From Lophium mytilinum (Eukaryota): 64,000 nucleotides of DNA. The stretch lies in NCBI GenBank assembly GCA_010093605.1, contig MU004181.1, positions 1,984,001 through 2,048,000 of the forward strand, given 5' to 3'. Below are positions 24,835 through 39,659 of the stretch, piece after piece. The position numbers were made by a program, and so were the translations under genes. The stretch's first letter is position 1. Each line of letters opens with the position of its first letter. The notes under the pieces are model-generated. The model ran no database searches. It worked only from the letters and a program-made list of their open reading frames with translations, and was not told the origin of the DNA.

Positions 24835-25615
24835 GGCAATGGAGTGTTCGAGTGAGGGCGCTGCTCTAGGAGCATGTGGGTTTGGAAATGTCGAAAATAG
24901 CTGATGCCGAAGGCCACGGCCTTGAGTGTCGGAAAGGCTGTAGTAGGTGAACAAATCAGATTTCATGGCTAGGCGGAGGCATCATATCAAGGCAGGTGAA
25001 TTTCGAGAAAGTATGGGTGTACTAACATGTGGTATAAAATAAGTTCCTTTCGTGTAACGGGATAGAGAAGAGATTGGGCGTGCTGTAACTGCGTTCAATA
25101 ATGATGTCGTCGAGAAGATAGAGAGGAGGTAAAGGTCTTGAGCAAATGAAGCTGCATACTACCGTGCCTGCCATGCCTTCCTTCGCCGCGCTTTCCTGAC
25201 GATGTGGCCATTGTTGAGGTGGGGAATGCACCGAAACTCCTTTCATACGCAACAGCGCAAATTGACAATCGTCGAGATACCAGGGGAACTCAAAGGACAT
25301 TCTGATCATTCACTTACTAGCAAGCAACCAAGCTCCCTATTACAGATGAGTCGCTGGGTCGCTTAGTTCAATCTGAAGACAATACCATTCCATTCTGCTA
25401 CACCTATTACCCGCCGTACATTATGCTGCTCAACTCCCATTACCCAACTACCAAGAGCTCTTCATGTTTAGTTCACCGTTCCCTAATTTGTCCGTGAAGG
25501 TATACAGTCCATGTCTGTTCTTCTCTCTCCGTACTCGCTACCCAACCTCTAACATACTTCCTCGTGTCATCATTTGGCGCGTAAAAACGGACCATCATCT
25601 TCTGGGCCATAGCTC

Positions 25616-26905
25616 TTACGTATTTACGATCCTCAGAATCTTGAATCCGGGCGTATGTTTCGTATCAACGACTTGCTTTTCCGAGCGTACCTTCTCTTCA
25701 ACTCCCGAATCTGGTTGAACATGATTGTCCATACCCACCTTGCGACCAGAACGCCCAGTAGTAGACTTCTCTACTCGTGAACTCTGCGACTTTCCTGGGC
25801 CTCTGTGAAGATGGTTACCTGGAGCCTGTTCGCTGTGGGAGCTGGCTGTAGTAGATTGTTGTTGTCCTGGACCTTGCTTATCTCCAGGACCTTTCGGGAT
25901 ATGCTTACCCAGAATCCGTTCGCTATCAGAGCTGCTAGTGTATGGGATCTCTTGTTTTCCAGCTTGCAAGTCCTTTCGTGAAGTTCCCAACTTGGTATGC
26001 TGACTGTGTGGAGGGCTGGACTTCTGCGACTGAAGATGTTTCCGCGCCTGACTATAAGCCCGCCGGCAGTCCACGCGCTCTCTCTCCGTTTCCTTTGTCT
26101 GGCGCACGCGCTTGTCGGACATTTTCTTGTCAATCTGATCCAATGCCTGCGCAAATGCCGGAAATATTGGAAGGTACCGGGAGAACTGATCGGGGTCGGG
26201 TATGAGCTGATTATACCGCAGCCACGAGTATTTGTATGCCAGATGTCTGAATATAGGATCATTAGGAGTGATCGCGCTGAGCAGAGACGTCATCTGGTCG
26301 TATGATAGCCATCCAGCAGAGATTTGCGACTGAAACGACCGACGAATGTGAGCGACTGAACCCCTGATTTGAAGTGTGTTCATCACTTGGTAAACGCTAA
26401 CATCGGAGAACCAATCCTCGCGGTAGTTGAACATGAACGCCTTCTCTTGCAAGCAGCTGTTGATTAGCCAGGCGCAGACCCACCGTACAGCTTTTGGAGA
26501 TGCATCAGCCCGGCTGAGGGATAGCCTCAAAGATTCGGGGTTGCGTTGGAAGGCTTCTTGCGCGGTGCCAGACATCGCCATAAGCAGACGCTTCGGTATG
26601 TTTTCGATTGTGGAGAATACAGCGTCCTGGCCCGGAATGGAGAACATGATCTGAACCAAAGGCCCTTCCAGAAGTGCACTGCGGGAGTCTTGGTCTAGAT
26701 AGCGGATGTCCACCATATGCTGCTCGACGACATTATTAGCACCAGCTGCTGTGAATAGAGCCTGTCTCGCGGGGTCCCATTTCCTCTTGTGATGACCTTG
26801 CAATTCGCCGCGTTCTAGTGGGCTATGGGAACCTAGTGGTGGCCCAGTATCCAGTCCGATAGTTGCCAACATGCTTTGGACAGTACGCAAGCCATCGTCC
26901 TCCAT
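25616..26905 (-). CDS. Divergent BTB/POZ-like orphan protein with disordered C-terminus
   Basis: LLEGPLVQIM...IPKRLLMAMSGTAQEAF...KAVRWVCAWL...VSVYQVMNTLQI. Extra terminal exons are possible. Confidence 0.65.
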   Translation of the reverse strand: MEDDGLRTVQSMLATIGLDTGPPLGSHSPLERGELQGHHKRKWDPARQALFTAAGANNVVEQHMVDIRYLDQDSRSALLEGPLVQIMFSIPGQDAVFSTIENIPKRLLMAMSGTAQEAFQRNPESLRLSLSRADASPKAVRWVCAWLINSCLQEKAFMFNYREDWFSDVSVYQVMNTLQIRGSVAHIRRSFQSQISAGWLSYDQMTSLLSAITPNDPIFRHLAYKYSWLRYNQLIPDPDQFSRYLPIFPAFAQALDQIDKKMSDKRVRQTKETERERVDCRRAYSQARKHLQSQKSSPPHSQHTKLGTSRKDLQAGKQEIPYTSSSDSERILGKHIPKGPGDKQGPGQQQSTTASSHSEQAPGNHLHRGPGKSQSSRVEKSTTGRSGRKVGMDNHVQPDSGVEEKVRSEKQVVDTKHTPGFKILRIVNT

Positions 26906-27418
26906 TGCGAACAAACTCGTATCACTGAATTTCCTAGGCTTGGTAGTTGGTGTGTTTGAATGGGCCGGTGGTGGTCTTGGGTGGAGAGTGTGGGATTTTG
27001 CAGGGAAGAGCAACGGGAGCACAGTAAGAGAAGCTTAAATAGGGAAATCCGGCACCTCGAGGTGAATCCGCTTTGTGTATTCCAATGACCTTCACTTCTA
27101 TGATGTCAGCAATAGGGACTCCATTAGCTTCAGGTACGATATCAGGCACGGAGAAAGCCGGCTTCAGCGACGACGGTGTCGCTGCGCAGCTCTCGCGTTC
27201 AAGAAAGACGCCAGGGACGCGAAGTCGGTCGGGGCTAACATCGGATCCATGTAGCGAGAGATGATCACATGACTAAGTTCAGCTTCAAGTAGGCCTCGAT
27301 TCTTTTTTGAAGACTTACTCGAGGATACAGGAGAGCGTAGGAAACAGCTAGCTCATTTTGGCTTCGAGCTCTGCCTAGCTGGGTCGGAGCTTTTCTAATG
27401 AGTCCGAATATAGTTGCG

Positions 27419-27645
27419 TACAGTATTAGGCCATAAGTCTGGGGATACAGATTTACTACTGCTTGGCTCTAACTTGCTCACTCGACACCACTGTCGGGGG
27501 TAGCCTGGCCGCTGAGAAGCCAACTAGTCAACTACACTGCTTGAACCTCGAAATGGCCCATGGATCTTCCAAATACTGTAGGGGTACCCCAAGCAGTGGC
27601 GAACGCGTGTGCCCAGACTTGTAGTCTGTCACTGTATCAGGAGCC
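27419..27645 (-). repeat. Dispersed copy of CCTTACAGTGG repeat family
   Basis: tacagtattaggcca (27419) and ccactgtcgggggtagcctgg (27488); collinear with 44060-44295 over about 200 bp. Confidence 0.8.
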
Positions 27646-27773
27646 AACTTGATGTGGGCTTGGGACTTTGCTTAAGCACTGGAAAAGATCAGATTTCCAA
27701 TGGGGACCCACTCCATAACTTGGGACTTTTCCAGTCAAGCTAGGCTATCCACTTGTATAAGGAGCCCTTAAAG

Positions 27774-27978
27774 TATAGAATTCTTAATATATAGTTAATA
27801 TTTAGATATTATATACGTAATATATAAATCTACTATAGAAACGCCTTTCTATATAGATCTAGTATAATTAAGGCCTATATAGGCCTCTCTAATATATATA
27901 TAGACTAGCTAGATTTCTATATAGAATTAATATCTATTATTCTCTAAATTCTTACATTACGTGATTGGAAATATCACA
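27774..27978 (+). mobile_element. 205-bp LTR copy (solo or misassembled)
   Basis: Nearly identical to 42206-42410. Ends TATAG(TGTAG)...ATCACA. Flanks TAAAG / TTCGC do not form a TSD. Confidence 0.85.
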
Positions 27979-28069
27979 TTCGCCAACGTCTAAACCTTAG
28001 CAAGATCTCATCATGCATCTGAAAAAGGTCGCAACTCTTTGGGGCTTGAGAAGGAATCCNNNNNNNNNN

Positions 28070-31000
28070 TAGTATAATTAAGGCCTATATAGGCCTCTCT
28101 AATATATATATAGACTAGCTAGATTTCTATATAGAATTAATATCTATTATTCTCTAAATTCTTATATTATATAATTAGAAATATTATATCTAGTAGCTTA
28201 GTTATAGTTCTAGCCACCTTTAAGGCCTTCTTAGAGGGCTATTAGGTTTTTAAACTTAATAGTATAGAGCTAGCTAAGGCTATATTCTTATAATTAACCC
28301 TTAGTAATAATAGAAGATATTAGCTTCTATAATTAGTAGAATTTTTAGATTATTATAATAATACTAAGCCGTATTAATAGTTTCTAAAAATTAACCTAAT
28401 TAGCAATTAATAATAACTATTAATAATAGCCCCTAATTAGTATTAGGCCGGTATTATAGTATAACCGCCTATTATAAATATTCTTATAAAAATTAAATAG
28501 TATAGGTCTAAAGAGCTCTTAGCTAGAATATTACTATAGAATTTTTCTATTTCTTTTAATACTTCTATATAACTAACTATATATTCTATTAGCTACTAAA
28601 GTAAGATTAATAGCAGGATAGTAAGAAGAATAATATTATAGCTTAATAGAGCCTAATAATTATATAGTAATTAGAAATCCTTATAAGTTAATTATAAAGA
28701 GAAGGCGGAGAAGTCCTTTTAAGAATTCTCTCTCTCTAATAGGATATTAAAAAGCATTTAAGAAAGAAACTTAATATTACTATCTTAGTACTCTTTTCTT
28801 ACTCTTTACTTTAATTATATTATAGTTATTAACTCTTTTCTACTCTTTCTTATTCTTAAATATTCTATAACCCTTAGCTTTCTTTTATATCTAGTAATAG
28901 ACGTTATTATTCTAATAGATTACCTTCTAACCTTTAAGAACTCTTTTAAAGGCTTTCTTAGTTTAGTACTATATCTTATAATCTATTTAATCTAATGTTA
29001 GCCTTATAGGCTAAGTAGGCCGCTACTCTAAAACCTATTAAGCTACTAGTTTAAGGTTCTCTAATTATTTATAGTAGTGCCCTAGCCTATAATCTAGAGC
29101 TTACCTATTAAGAGCTATTATTTACGCCTTCTTTAGATAGCTATTATTCTAGACCTTAAAGAGTATTAATACATCCTTAGTATAACCTAGCTATAGTAAT
29201 ACTAAGCTATTATTAACTTCTTTACTAATTCTATTACCTTATAAACGCAGGTTAGCCGCAACCTAAAGATTAAACCGGTAGCTTATTAGCTTAATATATT
29301 AAGCCCTATTATAGACCTTAGTCTTTCTAAACTAGAATACTAGGGTTTTATTAATATAATATCCTATTAGAAGTATAAGAGGCTCTTAGTAGATAAGCTT
29401 AATTCTACTTACCTTTATATTATAAAAGCTTCTAATAAACTAACGCTAGATTAGGTACTATAACCCGGCACTAATCCGCTATTAAAAGATAAGAATTTAT
29501 TGCCCTTAATTAATTATATTACTACTTCTATGTAAGAGAAGTTTTAAGAGCTTCTTAAAGAGTATAGACCTTATTTCTATAATATTCTCTTTAATATTTT
29601 ACCGCCTAAGCATAGATACAACTATCTAATTAATACTAGAGATATAAAGCTAGTAAATAATACTATATACTACCTCTTACATTATTAAATAGAAGAATAG
29701 ACCTAATAGATCTATAAGCTACTAGAATAGGGCCTTATCTAAGAGTCTATTAGTGCCTAGAAATCTCTAGTTCTTTTTATTTTAAAGCTAAATAGTAAGT
29801 AGTAAATATATATTAACTATAGAGCACTTAATCTAGTAACCTAGAAAAATACCTACTCTCTACTATATATTAATAACTACCTATAGTTATTTAGAAAGGC
29901 TAGATTCTTTACTAAGATTAATTTAACCTCTAGATATTACTAGCTGCGCGTTTANNNNNNNNNNNNNNNNNNNNNNNNNNNNNNNNNNNNNNNNNNNNNN
30001 NNNNNNNNNNNNNNNNNNNNNNNNNNNNNNNNNNNNNNNNNNNNNNNNNNNNNNNNNNNNNNNNNNNNNNNNNNNNNNNNNNNNNNNNNNNNNNNNNNNN
30101 NNNNNNNNNNNNNNNNNNNNNNNNNNNNNNNNNNNNNNNNNNNNNNNNNNNNNNNNNNNNNNNNNNNNNNNNNNNNNNNNNNNNNNNNNNNNNNNNNNNN
30201 NNNNNNNNNNNNNNACCTCTAATTATTATTTAAAGCTCTTAGAAAGAAATAACTATTTACTAAAACTAATAAGTACTTAATTACTTAAGAAACTATTAAG
30301 TTCTATAGCTATATAGTTTCTTATAGAACTATAAAACTAATAACTAATAAACTAGATACTATTTAGTATTAGCCTATTTCTACTAATATCTATAAAGTCT
30401 AATAGTTTATTAGACTAGTAATATACTATTAAAAGTTTATTAAGAACTTTATCTATATATTAGCACCTCTCTATAAGCTTCTAAAGAAAAGCGACGCCGT
30501 AATATAAAAGAAAAAGTACTAAGCTATTATATAGAATATTAGCTATTAACTTACTTTTAACTCCCTTAAGTAAAAGCTTATTAAACACCCTATACTTATC
30601 CTTATTAACTAGTTAAAGCCCTTTTAGATTAAAATAGACGCTTCTAATTTTACTATTAGAATAGTCCTTCTCTAATAAGGAGAAGACGGTAAGTAGTACT
30701 CTATTGCGTTTAATAGTTAAAAGCTTAATAAAGCTAAATTAAACTATCTAGTTTATAAAAAAGAACTCCTAGCGATTAAAGAAGTACTTAGAATTTAGTA
30801 ATACTATATCTAAAAGAAGAAATTAATAATTATAACTAATTACTACTTATTATAATACCTATAAACTACTAAGAAAGCCTTACTAAGACTTACTTAATAG
30901 ATTAAGAATTTCTAGCAGTATAACTCTATAATATAGTATTACTTAAAAGCCCTTATAATAGTACTAGACGTAATTAATAGGCGCCCTAATTTTACCTAAG

Positions 31001-34000
31001 AATACCTTATAGCCCTCTCTAAGTATAAAGATTCTAATATAGAGTATATTAAAGATTTAAAGAAGTTTCTTATAATAGGCCTTAAGCCTACTCTCTTTAA
31101 ATAGCTATTAGAGGCTAAATTAAAATAATACTAGCTTTACTACTAAAGAATCTATCTATCCCTATATTAGAACTTTATAATTCTAAAAGAAAAACTACGC
31201 TATTACTTCTATAAACCTAATAGTAATCTAGATCTATATACTCTTAAGAATACTATACTATATATTACACCTTTCTATTATTAATAGGTTCTTAATAGAA
31301 CCTACTAGCTAGGCTACTTTATATACCGCGGTATATAGAAGGCCCTATAAGTATATAGCTAGTAGCTAATAATAAGTTATAATACTAATAAATACACTTA
31401 TAAGTATACCTTATACTAGCTAGTATAGAAGAGAAAGATTATTTATAAACTAATATTTTATTAGGTTAAAGATTAAGACCTATTTAATAAATAGGGCATT
31501 AATTTAATTAGTAGATTACTATAATTAATCTATAGAAATTGCTAGATTATTACTACTATTAATTACGCTATAGGTTAGCCTAAAGCTATAGCGCTTTCTA
31601 ATACTTAAGCTAAGACTATAGTAATATTTATCTATAAAAGAATCTACTACTAGTATAGACCCCTAGCAGCATTTACTTTTAATAATAGTTTAAACTTTCT
31701 TTCTAAAGTTATTATAGTACTATAAAAGCTTATTAAGACTTACTATAATATTATAACGCTATATTACCCTTAGATAAACGGTAAAATAGAGAGGCTTAAT
31801 AGAGTCTTAGAAAATATTCTTATAAAGCTAATAATTAATTAAGATATAGCTATATAGAATACCTAGTTACTAGCTATAGTATATATAATATATACTTAAA
31901 ATACCTTCTATAGCTATACTTTCTACTACCTTATATATAGTAGACGTTCTTAAGTACCTAATAATACCTTAGTACTGGCTCTTAATAAGACTATAGATAA
32001 AGAAGCTAAATTAGAGTATTATTTAGCCTATATTAAAAAAGTTTAATATACGCGTATACTAGTAGAAGATTAGCTATTAAAGAAAGTAATTATAGTAGGC
32101 CTATAGAATCTATAACCTCTATCTAAAAAGTATCTAGTTACTTAATAGAAGATTAGTTTCTAGGTACTTCTTTAAAATAAGGTTAAGAGGAAATTTAGAG
32201 TAAAATAGTTTAGTCTATTTAAAATTATTACTACTTATTCTCTTAGTACCTATATACTTTAAACGCCTACTAATTAAGTATTAAAGAACCTTATTTATAG
32301 TAATAGGTTAGTAAATATATATATTAATACTTATATAAAGTTTTAGAACTAAAAAGACCCTAAATATAGCTTAGAATATTCTAATAATATATTAAAAGAT
32401 AACTAAGTACTTTAAAACTAAGAGAATTTTAATAACGCTAATAAAGAGCGTGCTACATATTAAGAAGAAGTTAAACCTAGTAATAATACTATTATAGATA
32501 CATTAGATATAGATAATACTAATAGAAAGCTATAGTCTAAGTTTACTATAATTTCTAAAGTAGAATAGAATTAGAAGATTACTAAGTATTAATTAAAATA
32601 GCAGTATAAGGGCGCAGAGCTCTTCTAGAAAGGGAAGAAGAACACTTAAAAACTACCTAAACTAAAGCTATATTAAATACTAAGAGATTTTAAAAAGAGA
32701 GTTCTTAAAAGAGACTAATAGGCTACTAAGAAAAAGAAACCTAAAAAGGGTTAATTAACTATTATACTAGTATAGGTTACTAGCTTTATAGTTATATAAT
32801 ATAAAGATGCAGGCAAGACTACTATAAATACCTATTAGAAAGTTTATATATATAAGCTAGAGATAAGTTAAAATAAGCTTAATATTCTATAGGGAACTAG
32901 TAATTATATAGTACCCGTAGAATAATCTAATAATATATTAGTGCTAGCTATAAATACTAATAATAGGAAACTATTAAAAATAGCTTAAGATAGTAATAGG
33001 ACATCTAAGAGTATAAATACTACTACCTAATTACCTAATACTGCGCACTAAGATAATAATAAGTATAATAGGGATACTATTATTATATAGCTAAGGGGTA
33101 ATACTATTATTTAAACTAATAATACTATAGAGCTATAGAATAAAGAAATTAACTTAAGAGCTAAGAATACTAAAATGCGCATAAATAATAAGTTCTTAAA
33201 TAAGAATACTAGCTCTAATATATAATTAGAGAGCTTTTCTAGTAGTAATACTAGTATAATAGACGTTAAAAATAATAAGAATACTAGTAGTAATTATAAG
33301 TTAGATTTAGATAGTAATTTTAATGCACCTATAATATAACCTATCTAAGCTCTTAATATAGAGTTATATAGAAGAAAGCGCAAGAGAGCTTAAATAGTAC
33401 TTCTATTTTAAGCTAATAGAGTATTAGAAGAACTCTATATATTTATTACCTAGATTTCCTTTATTAATTTAAATTTAAGCATTTAATTCTTTATTATTAC
33501 TTATTTAACTATATTTTATCTTTAGAGAATTAAAAAGATAATAAATTTAAGAACCTATATTAAGGATTAACTAAGCTAAGCTTATTATTATTATTATTAA
33601 ATTCTATTACGCTAGTGTAGCTCCCGTTAGGGTCCATATAGCTATTCTATCTAGGCTAATTTATAAGGGGAAACTGTTCGCTACCGGGCAGTATTTAGGT
33701 AAAAACCTTATCCTCTATTATATCTAGCATTAGGCGCCCTTCTTCTTTATATTTTACTATAGAGGATATATAGTAGGTCTATAAGAACTACTATAGAATA
33801 AGCTATTAAGATATATCTTTCTATATCTATCTAGGAAGGTTTATTATTATTCTTCTAGGTTTAGGCCAAGTAGAATCTAGATGCAAGGCTAGTATAGAAT
33901 TAGCGTAAGGGCCCGCATATAAGTAGTGCACTTATAGAGCCTTTATCTAAGGTAATAAGGTAAAATAAATAGTAGCTATATAGGCTATTAGAGATAGAAA

Positions 34001-37000
34001 GGCTATATAGTATATAGGTAGTATATAGTAGAGGTATATAGAAAGTATATAGTTTATAGGCAGGCTATAAGAGTAGAAGGGCTATAAGTAGCTATATAGA
34101 GTTTATAGCTATAGTAGTATATATAAGCCTCTATAGTATAGCTAATAGCTATAGAAGGGCTAAGAGTATAGAGTATATAGTTTATAGTCTATAATTAGAA
34201 AGTATATAGCTACTTATAGTAAGTATAAGCCCTTATAGTATAACTAACTAATAGCGGGAGAAAGAGAGCCGCGTATATATACTATTATAAAGTAGATAGA
34301 CTATTTAGAAATAAAAGGGCTATAAGGGATAGAAAGTATATAGAAAGTATATATTATAGGGTATATAGTAGAGACCTAAAGCTAACTATCTATACTAAGT
34401 ACTAGTTAAGAGGGGGCGCTAAGGCCTACTATAGTATAGTTAGGGGTAATAGCAAGGCTATAGGTAATATAAGGCTATAGGTAATAGCAAGGCTATAGAT
34501 AATAGCAAGGCTATAGGTAATAGTAAGGCTATTAGTAATAGTAAGGCTATTAGTTATAGTAAGGCTATTAGTTATAGTAAGGCTATAGGTAATAGCAGGG
34601 CTATAGTATTAAGCGGAAGGGCTAGGTCTACTCCCTTTCTATCTCTCTCGCTATTAAGAGGTAGGGTAGCAGGTCTATTTTCTATAGAAACTACCTAGCT
34701 ACTACCTTAGGTTTCTTTTTACTTTTATATATTTTCTTATATATTTAAGTCTTTACTTTCTTAAATAGTTTACCTCTATCCTCTATATGCCTCTTGTAGT
34801 TTATTACTATATAGCGTAGTAATTAGAGGCCGTACCCGTAGGGGCAGGCTAGTATTAGATAGCCTAGTATCTATATATAGTGCAGGTATCTATTAAGCTC
34901 TATATACTCTATTTATAGGTTTATAAGAATAGTACTTTTAACCTTTATAAGCCCTTTATATATAGTCTTCTATTATTTACTCTATTTAGTATTAAGGGCC
35001 GGCGTTAGTAGCCTGCGCTGTTCTATTTTATAAAAGAACTTCTATGCCTTCTTCTACCTTTCTTTATATTTGCATTTAATTGTAAATCGCCTTAAGCGCT
35101 TATAGGCTTTATCTAATTTATCTTTATATCTAGTATATAACCTTATAGCCTTTACTATAAGGTTATAGAGTATATTATAGCGGCTAGGGCTATACTTTAG
35201 CCTTATAAGTAGCTTATAGTAGGTATAGATTTTCTATTATATATTACTGCATACTATTTTAATATACTAGCGTACTAGCCCTTTACGCGTATAGTCTATA
35301 TAAGCCACTATAAGTTTCTCTAGTTTTAGCTAGAGTAGTAGGTATAATATTTTATATTCTAGTACTATAGTGCTTATAGTCTTATAGGCTTCTAAGATTC
35401 TCTAGAGGTATTAGTTCTAGGTTATTTTAAGCTACTTAATCTTTATCTTACTAAGCTACTCTAGTATACCTAGTATAGTATACTAGGTAGTGCATCTATA
35501 TATAATGGCAGGCTAGACTACTACTAAGTATATTAGGTATACTTTCCTAAAGCTAGCGCCCTAGGTAGATACTATAAGCCGCGTAAGTACCCCTATCTAG
35601 GTTATAGCTTTATTCTTTATAATGCTAATATGCGGGCCCTATTTAAGCTTTAAGTCTATCTATACTTCTAGTACTCTTAGGTCTATTATAGGGCCCTCTA
35701 TAAAGCCTTATATATTAACTATAGCTCTTAGGTTAACTTTTTTATAGGCTCTTATAAAGTATATTAAATAATATTTATCTAGTATAAATACTACGCTATA
35801 CTTTCTTACCTATTCTATATATCTATTATAGGCTCTCTTAATAGCCCTATAGTTTATCTCTATAGTTCTACTATATATAAGGATATTTATATTATCTATA
35901 AATCTATAGGCTGTTATATTACTATTCTAAAGAGTTAGTAGTAGTATACTAGTAAAGAAGAGAAAAAGAATAGGTAATAGAAAGAAGCCCTATAGAATAC
36001 CTATAGTAACTATAATTAGTTCTACTATATAGCTTTCTATAGAGAGCCTAGTTATATAGTCTTATAGAAAGAACCTAGTAAACCTTATTATCTACTCTAG
36101 TATACTCTAGACCTGTAGGTTATATATTATTTATTTATATAAGACTTAATTAAACGCTCCTAATATATCTAGGCTAAGAAGTAATACTATAAGCTATAGG
36201 TTTCCTTTCTATATAGTATAGATTTATTCTATAAGGAGTTTAAGTACTATCTATATAGAGTATTCCGGCCGTACCCCTATTTAGCTAGGTAGTAGTATAC
36301 TTTTTTCCTCTACTATCTTAGAGAGCCTCTTAGCTATAATATATTTAAATAGCTTACCTATTATTTCTAGTAGTATAATAGGCCTATAGGCTTTTACTAT
36401 TATATAGAACACTTTCTAGGGTTTATATAGAACTACTATAATTAATTTTTTAAATAGATGGGGGTAGTATTCTCTATATAGGTACTTTATAAAAAAGCGG
36501 GCAAGCACTAGTACTAGTTATATCTTATACTTCTTTAGGAATCTATTTATAATTTCTATAATTCTAGAGGCCTTATCTAGCGCAATTTTTATTAGTACTA
36601 AAAGTATATCTTCTATAGTAACTTCTATAGAGGTAGTATATAGTTCTAGGTATTAAAACCCTTCTAAATTAGATAGGTTAGCTTCTACTAGTAGTAGAAA
36701 GAACTATTTAGTAAGTATATATACTTTTATCTTATTATCTATATATAGGGTAGAGTTACCTAGCTAGAAGAGGGGGGGAAATTAAGAAGGGGGCCTTAAT
36801 TTCTTTCTAACTATATAGCTCTATTTAGCTAGTTTCTATACCCCTTTAGAGTTATTTATTACCTTCTCTACTATATAGCGCTATATCTTAGTACTCTCTT
36901 TCTATATAGCTCTTTTCTTATAGTTATACTAGATCTAGTATAATATCTAGTCCTCTATAGAGTATAATAAGCGCTATATTCTATATACCTGCCTAGTCTT

Positions 37001-39626
37001 ATATACCTTCTCTAAGTACTTCTTAGTCTAGAATAGTAATGCATGCTATAAGGGCCGTACTATTAGTACTATAGCGTTAATAGTAATTTTAATAAGTTAG
37101 TAGAGAATGCGTATAAAGTTATCTAGGTCTTCTTCTTCTTTATTATCTAGGGGGTTATTCTAGTTTTCTAGCTTAACTAGCTAGGCTATAAGGTGCTTCT
37201 ATATATCCTTCTATATAATATTCTTCTATAGCCAGCGTAGGGGCTATTTAGTTACTAGTAGTAGTATAATATTAAATTCTATATATATAAGGCAGTAGTT
37301 TAAGTAATAGTTTTACTCCTCTTAAACTATATAGAATATTATATATTCTATTAGCTATTTAGATATAAATATAAGGTTAATTATAGTCTACTATATTTTT
37401 CTTACCTACGTTTCTATGCCCTCCTCTATAGCTAGGGTTAGGTCTGCTTCTATTATAATGCAAATAAGCTTCTTAGCTTACTCTTCTATACTAATTACCT
37501 ATATTCCTCCCTAGAATAGGTAGTATAGGTTTATATTACCTATAAGTATATACTCTACCTTCTTATATAGTATAGGGGGTAGTATAGCTATAATTCTATA
37601 TAGCTTTAGGTTATAGATATTATAAATTTAAATATCCTCTTTCCTAGCCTAGAGAGAGAGGGTAATAAGGTCTAGTAAGTAGTACTCTATAGTCTATTAG
37701 CCTAGGTTTAGGCACTTATTAATATATATATATATTCTAGCTTTTAGGCTTTCTTTATATAGTAGGTAGTATAATTTTATATATAGTAAAATATATTTCT
37801 AGATATTCTTCTATAGTTCTTATATAGCTAGCACTAATAGCTAGGGCTAGGCTGCCTCTATCTTCTTAAGAAACTCCCTTTAGGTCTTTTAGCTCTTATT
37901 AATATTATACTATATAATAGTAAGTATATTAGGTTGCCCTAATATTAGGTATCTATAAAGTCTTTAGAGTTATTTATTATAGCCCGGCTAGCCTTAATAT
38001 AGAGCTAATAGCTTACTACCTCTTCTTTCTAGGTAGACGGCATCTAAGTTATATTAAATTATAATAGTCTAGCGTTATTACTATAGGTTATTATCTAAGA
38101 GTAGTATAGCATTTTATAGGTAGGCTGCGGGGTTCTATAGAAAGGCTGCAGGCTATTATAGTAAGGCTATAGGTTATTATAGTTAGGCTACTGCGTTAAA
38201 TAGAAAGTATATATTAATTAGGTAGTCTACGTAGTATAGGTAGACTATAGCACTCTATTTATCTTTAGTTATTTTAGGTTCTTATGCGCGGTAAATATAG
38301 TAGATATAAGGGGGTGTTCTACTCTTCTTAGAGTGCTACTATCTAGTGCATTACTATTTTTAGTAGCCTTTCTCTTTCTACTTACTGTGTTAAGAGCTTA
38401 TAATTTTATTATAGATTAGAATATTACTATACCTAGCGTGCTATTAGTATTATTATTAGAGCTATTATTAGCCCTATAGTAGGTTAGCGCTGCCTACCTC
38501 TTTATATTAGCTTTTAGTTAAGTATTCTTTCTTATAGTGCACGTTGCACTATATAATAGATAGCTTCTCTTATAGTTAGCGCACTTTCTAATACTCTTCT
38601 CCGTGTATTATTTTATATTATAAGCTTCTATGCATGCTATATATACTACCTCCTTCTTATAGTATCTAGTAATATGCCTATAGCCCTAGCATTAAAAGTA
38701 TTAGGTAGCTATAAAGCCTACTTTATACTTTAAGGCCTCTAGTATATATCTATTCTATACTAGCCCGCTATCTATAATTTTATTTACTATTACCTCCGTG
38801 CCTATAGTAACTATAGCTAATAAGGCGCGCCGTTTAGAGTTATTTCTAATAGCCTAAATCTAATTTAGGTGCTTCTATATAATCTTATATATAGCTAGGC
38901 CTAGGTATAGTACCTTATTATTTTATATAATACTACTTTATAGTATTAGGTTCTCTAGGTCTATCTCTTTAGGTACTCTATACACCTCTAGAAGGACCTT
39001 AGGTAGTTAGATTTATACTATTTTACCTAGAACCTTTATCTATTCCTTCTTCTTTAATAGGGCTTTCTTAGCAGTTGCGTCTAGCATGTAGGCCTTTATA
39101 TCTCTACTCTAGAGCTTTCTAACGCTGTAGATCTTTATTATATTAGGCTCTTCTACTACTTAGAGCTTATAGGTAATAGTTGCGTTTAAGTTCTTATTTA
39201 TTGCGGCGTGTTTCTTCTTATTCTTAATATATATAGTAATTTTATAGATAGTTTATATTATATACTCCCTATTTTCTATAGTCTTACTATTTCTTTCTAC
39301 TACTGCTACTACTATATAGGTTATTTTTTATATAAATAGCGCCTATACGCCCTTCTATATTTCCTCTATTATTTTTATTATTTTTCTTTATAGCATTTAT
39401 TATAGGTCCTCTATAGTACCTAAGAGGCTAGCTAGTACACGCCCGGTAAAGTTCTAGAGGTGCTTAAGGGCGTTATTTATCTTAGGGTTAAAGAATATAG
39501 GCTTATTCTATAGGGAGTCCTATATACTATAGGCTTCTTTAATAAGCGCTTAGATATTAGTGTAGATATTCTACTTAGTCTTTAGTTAGTAGGTTTAGTT
39601 TTAGGGTTATTATTAGTGTTATTAGT

Positions 39627-39659
<33 letters not shown>

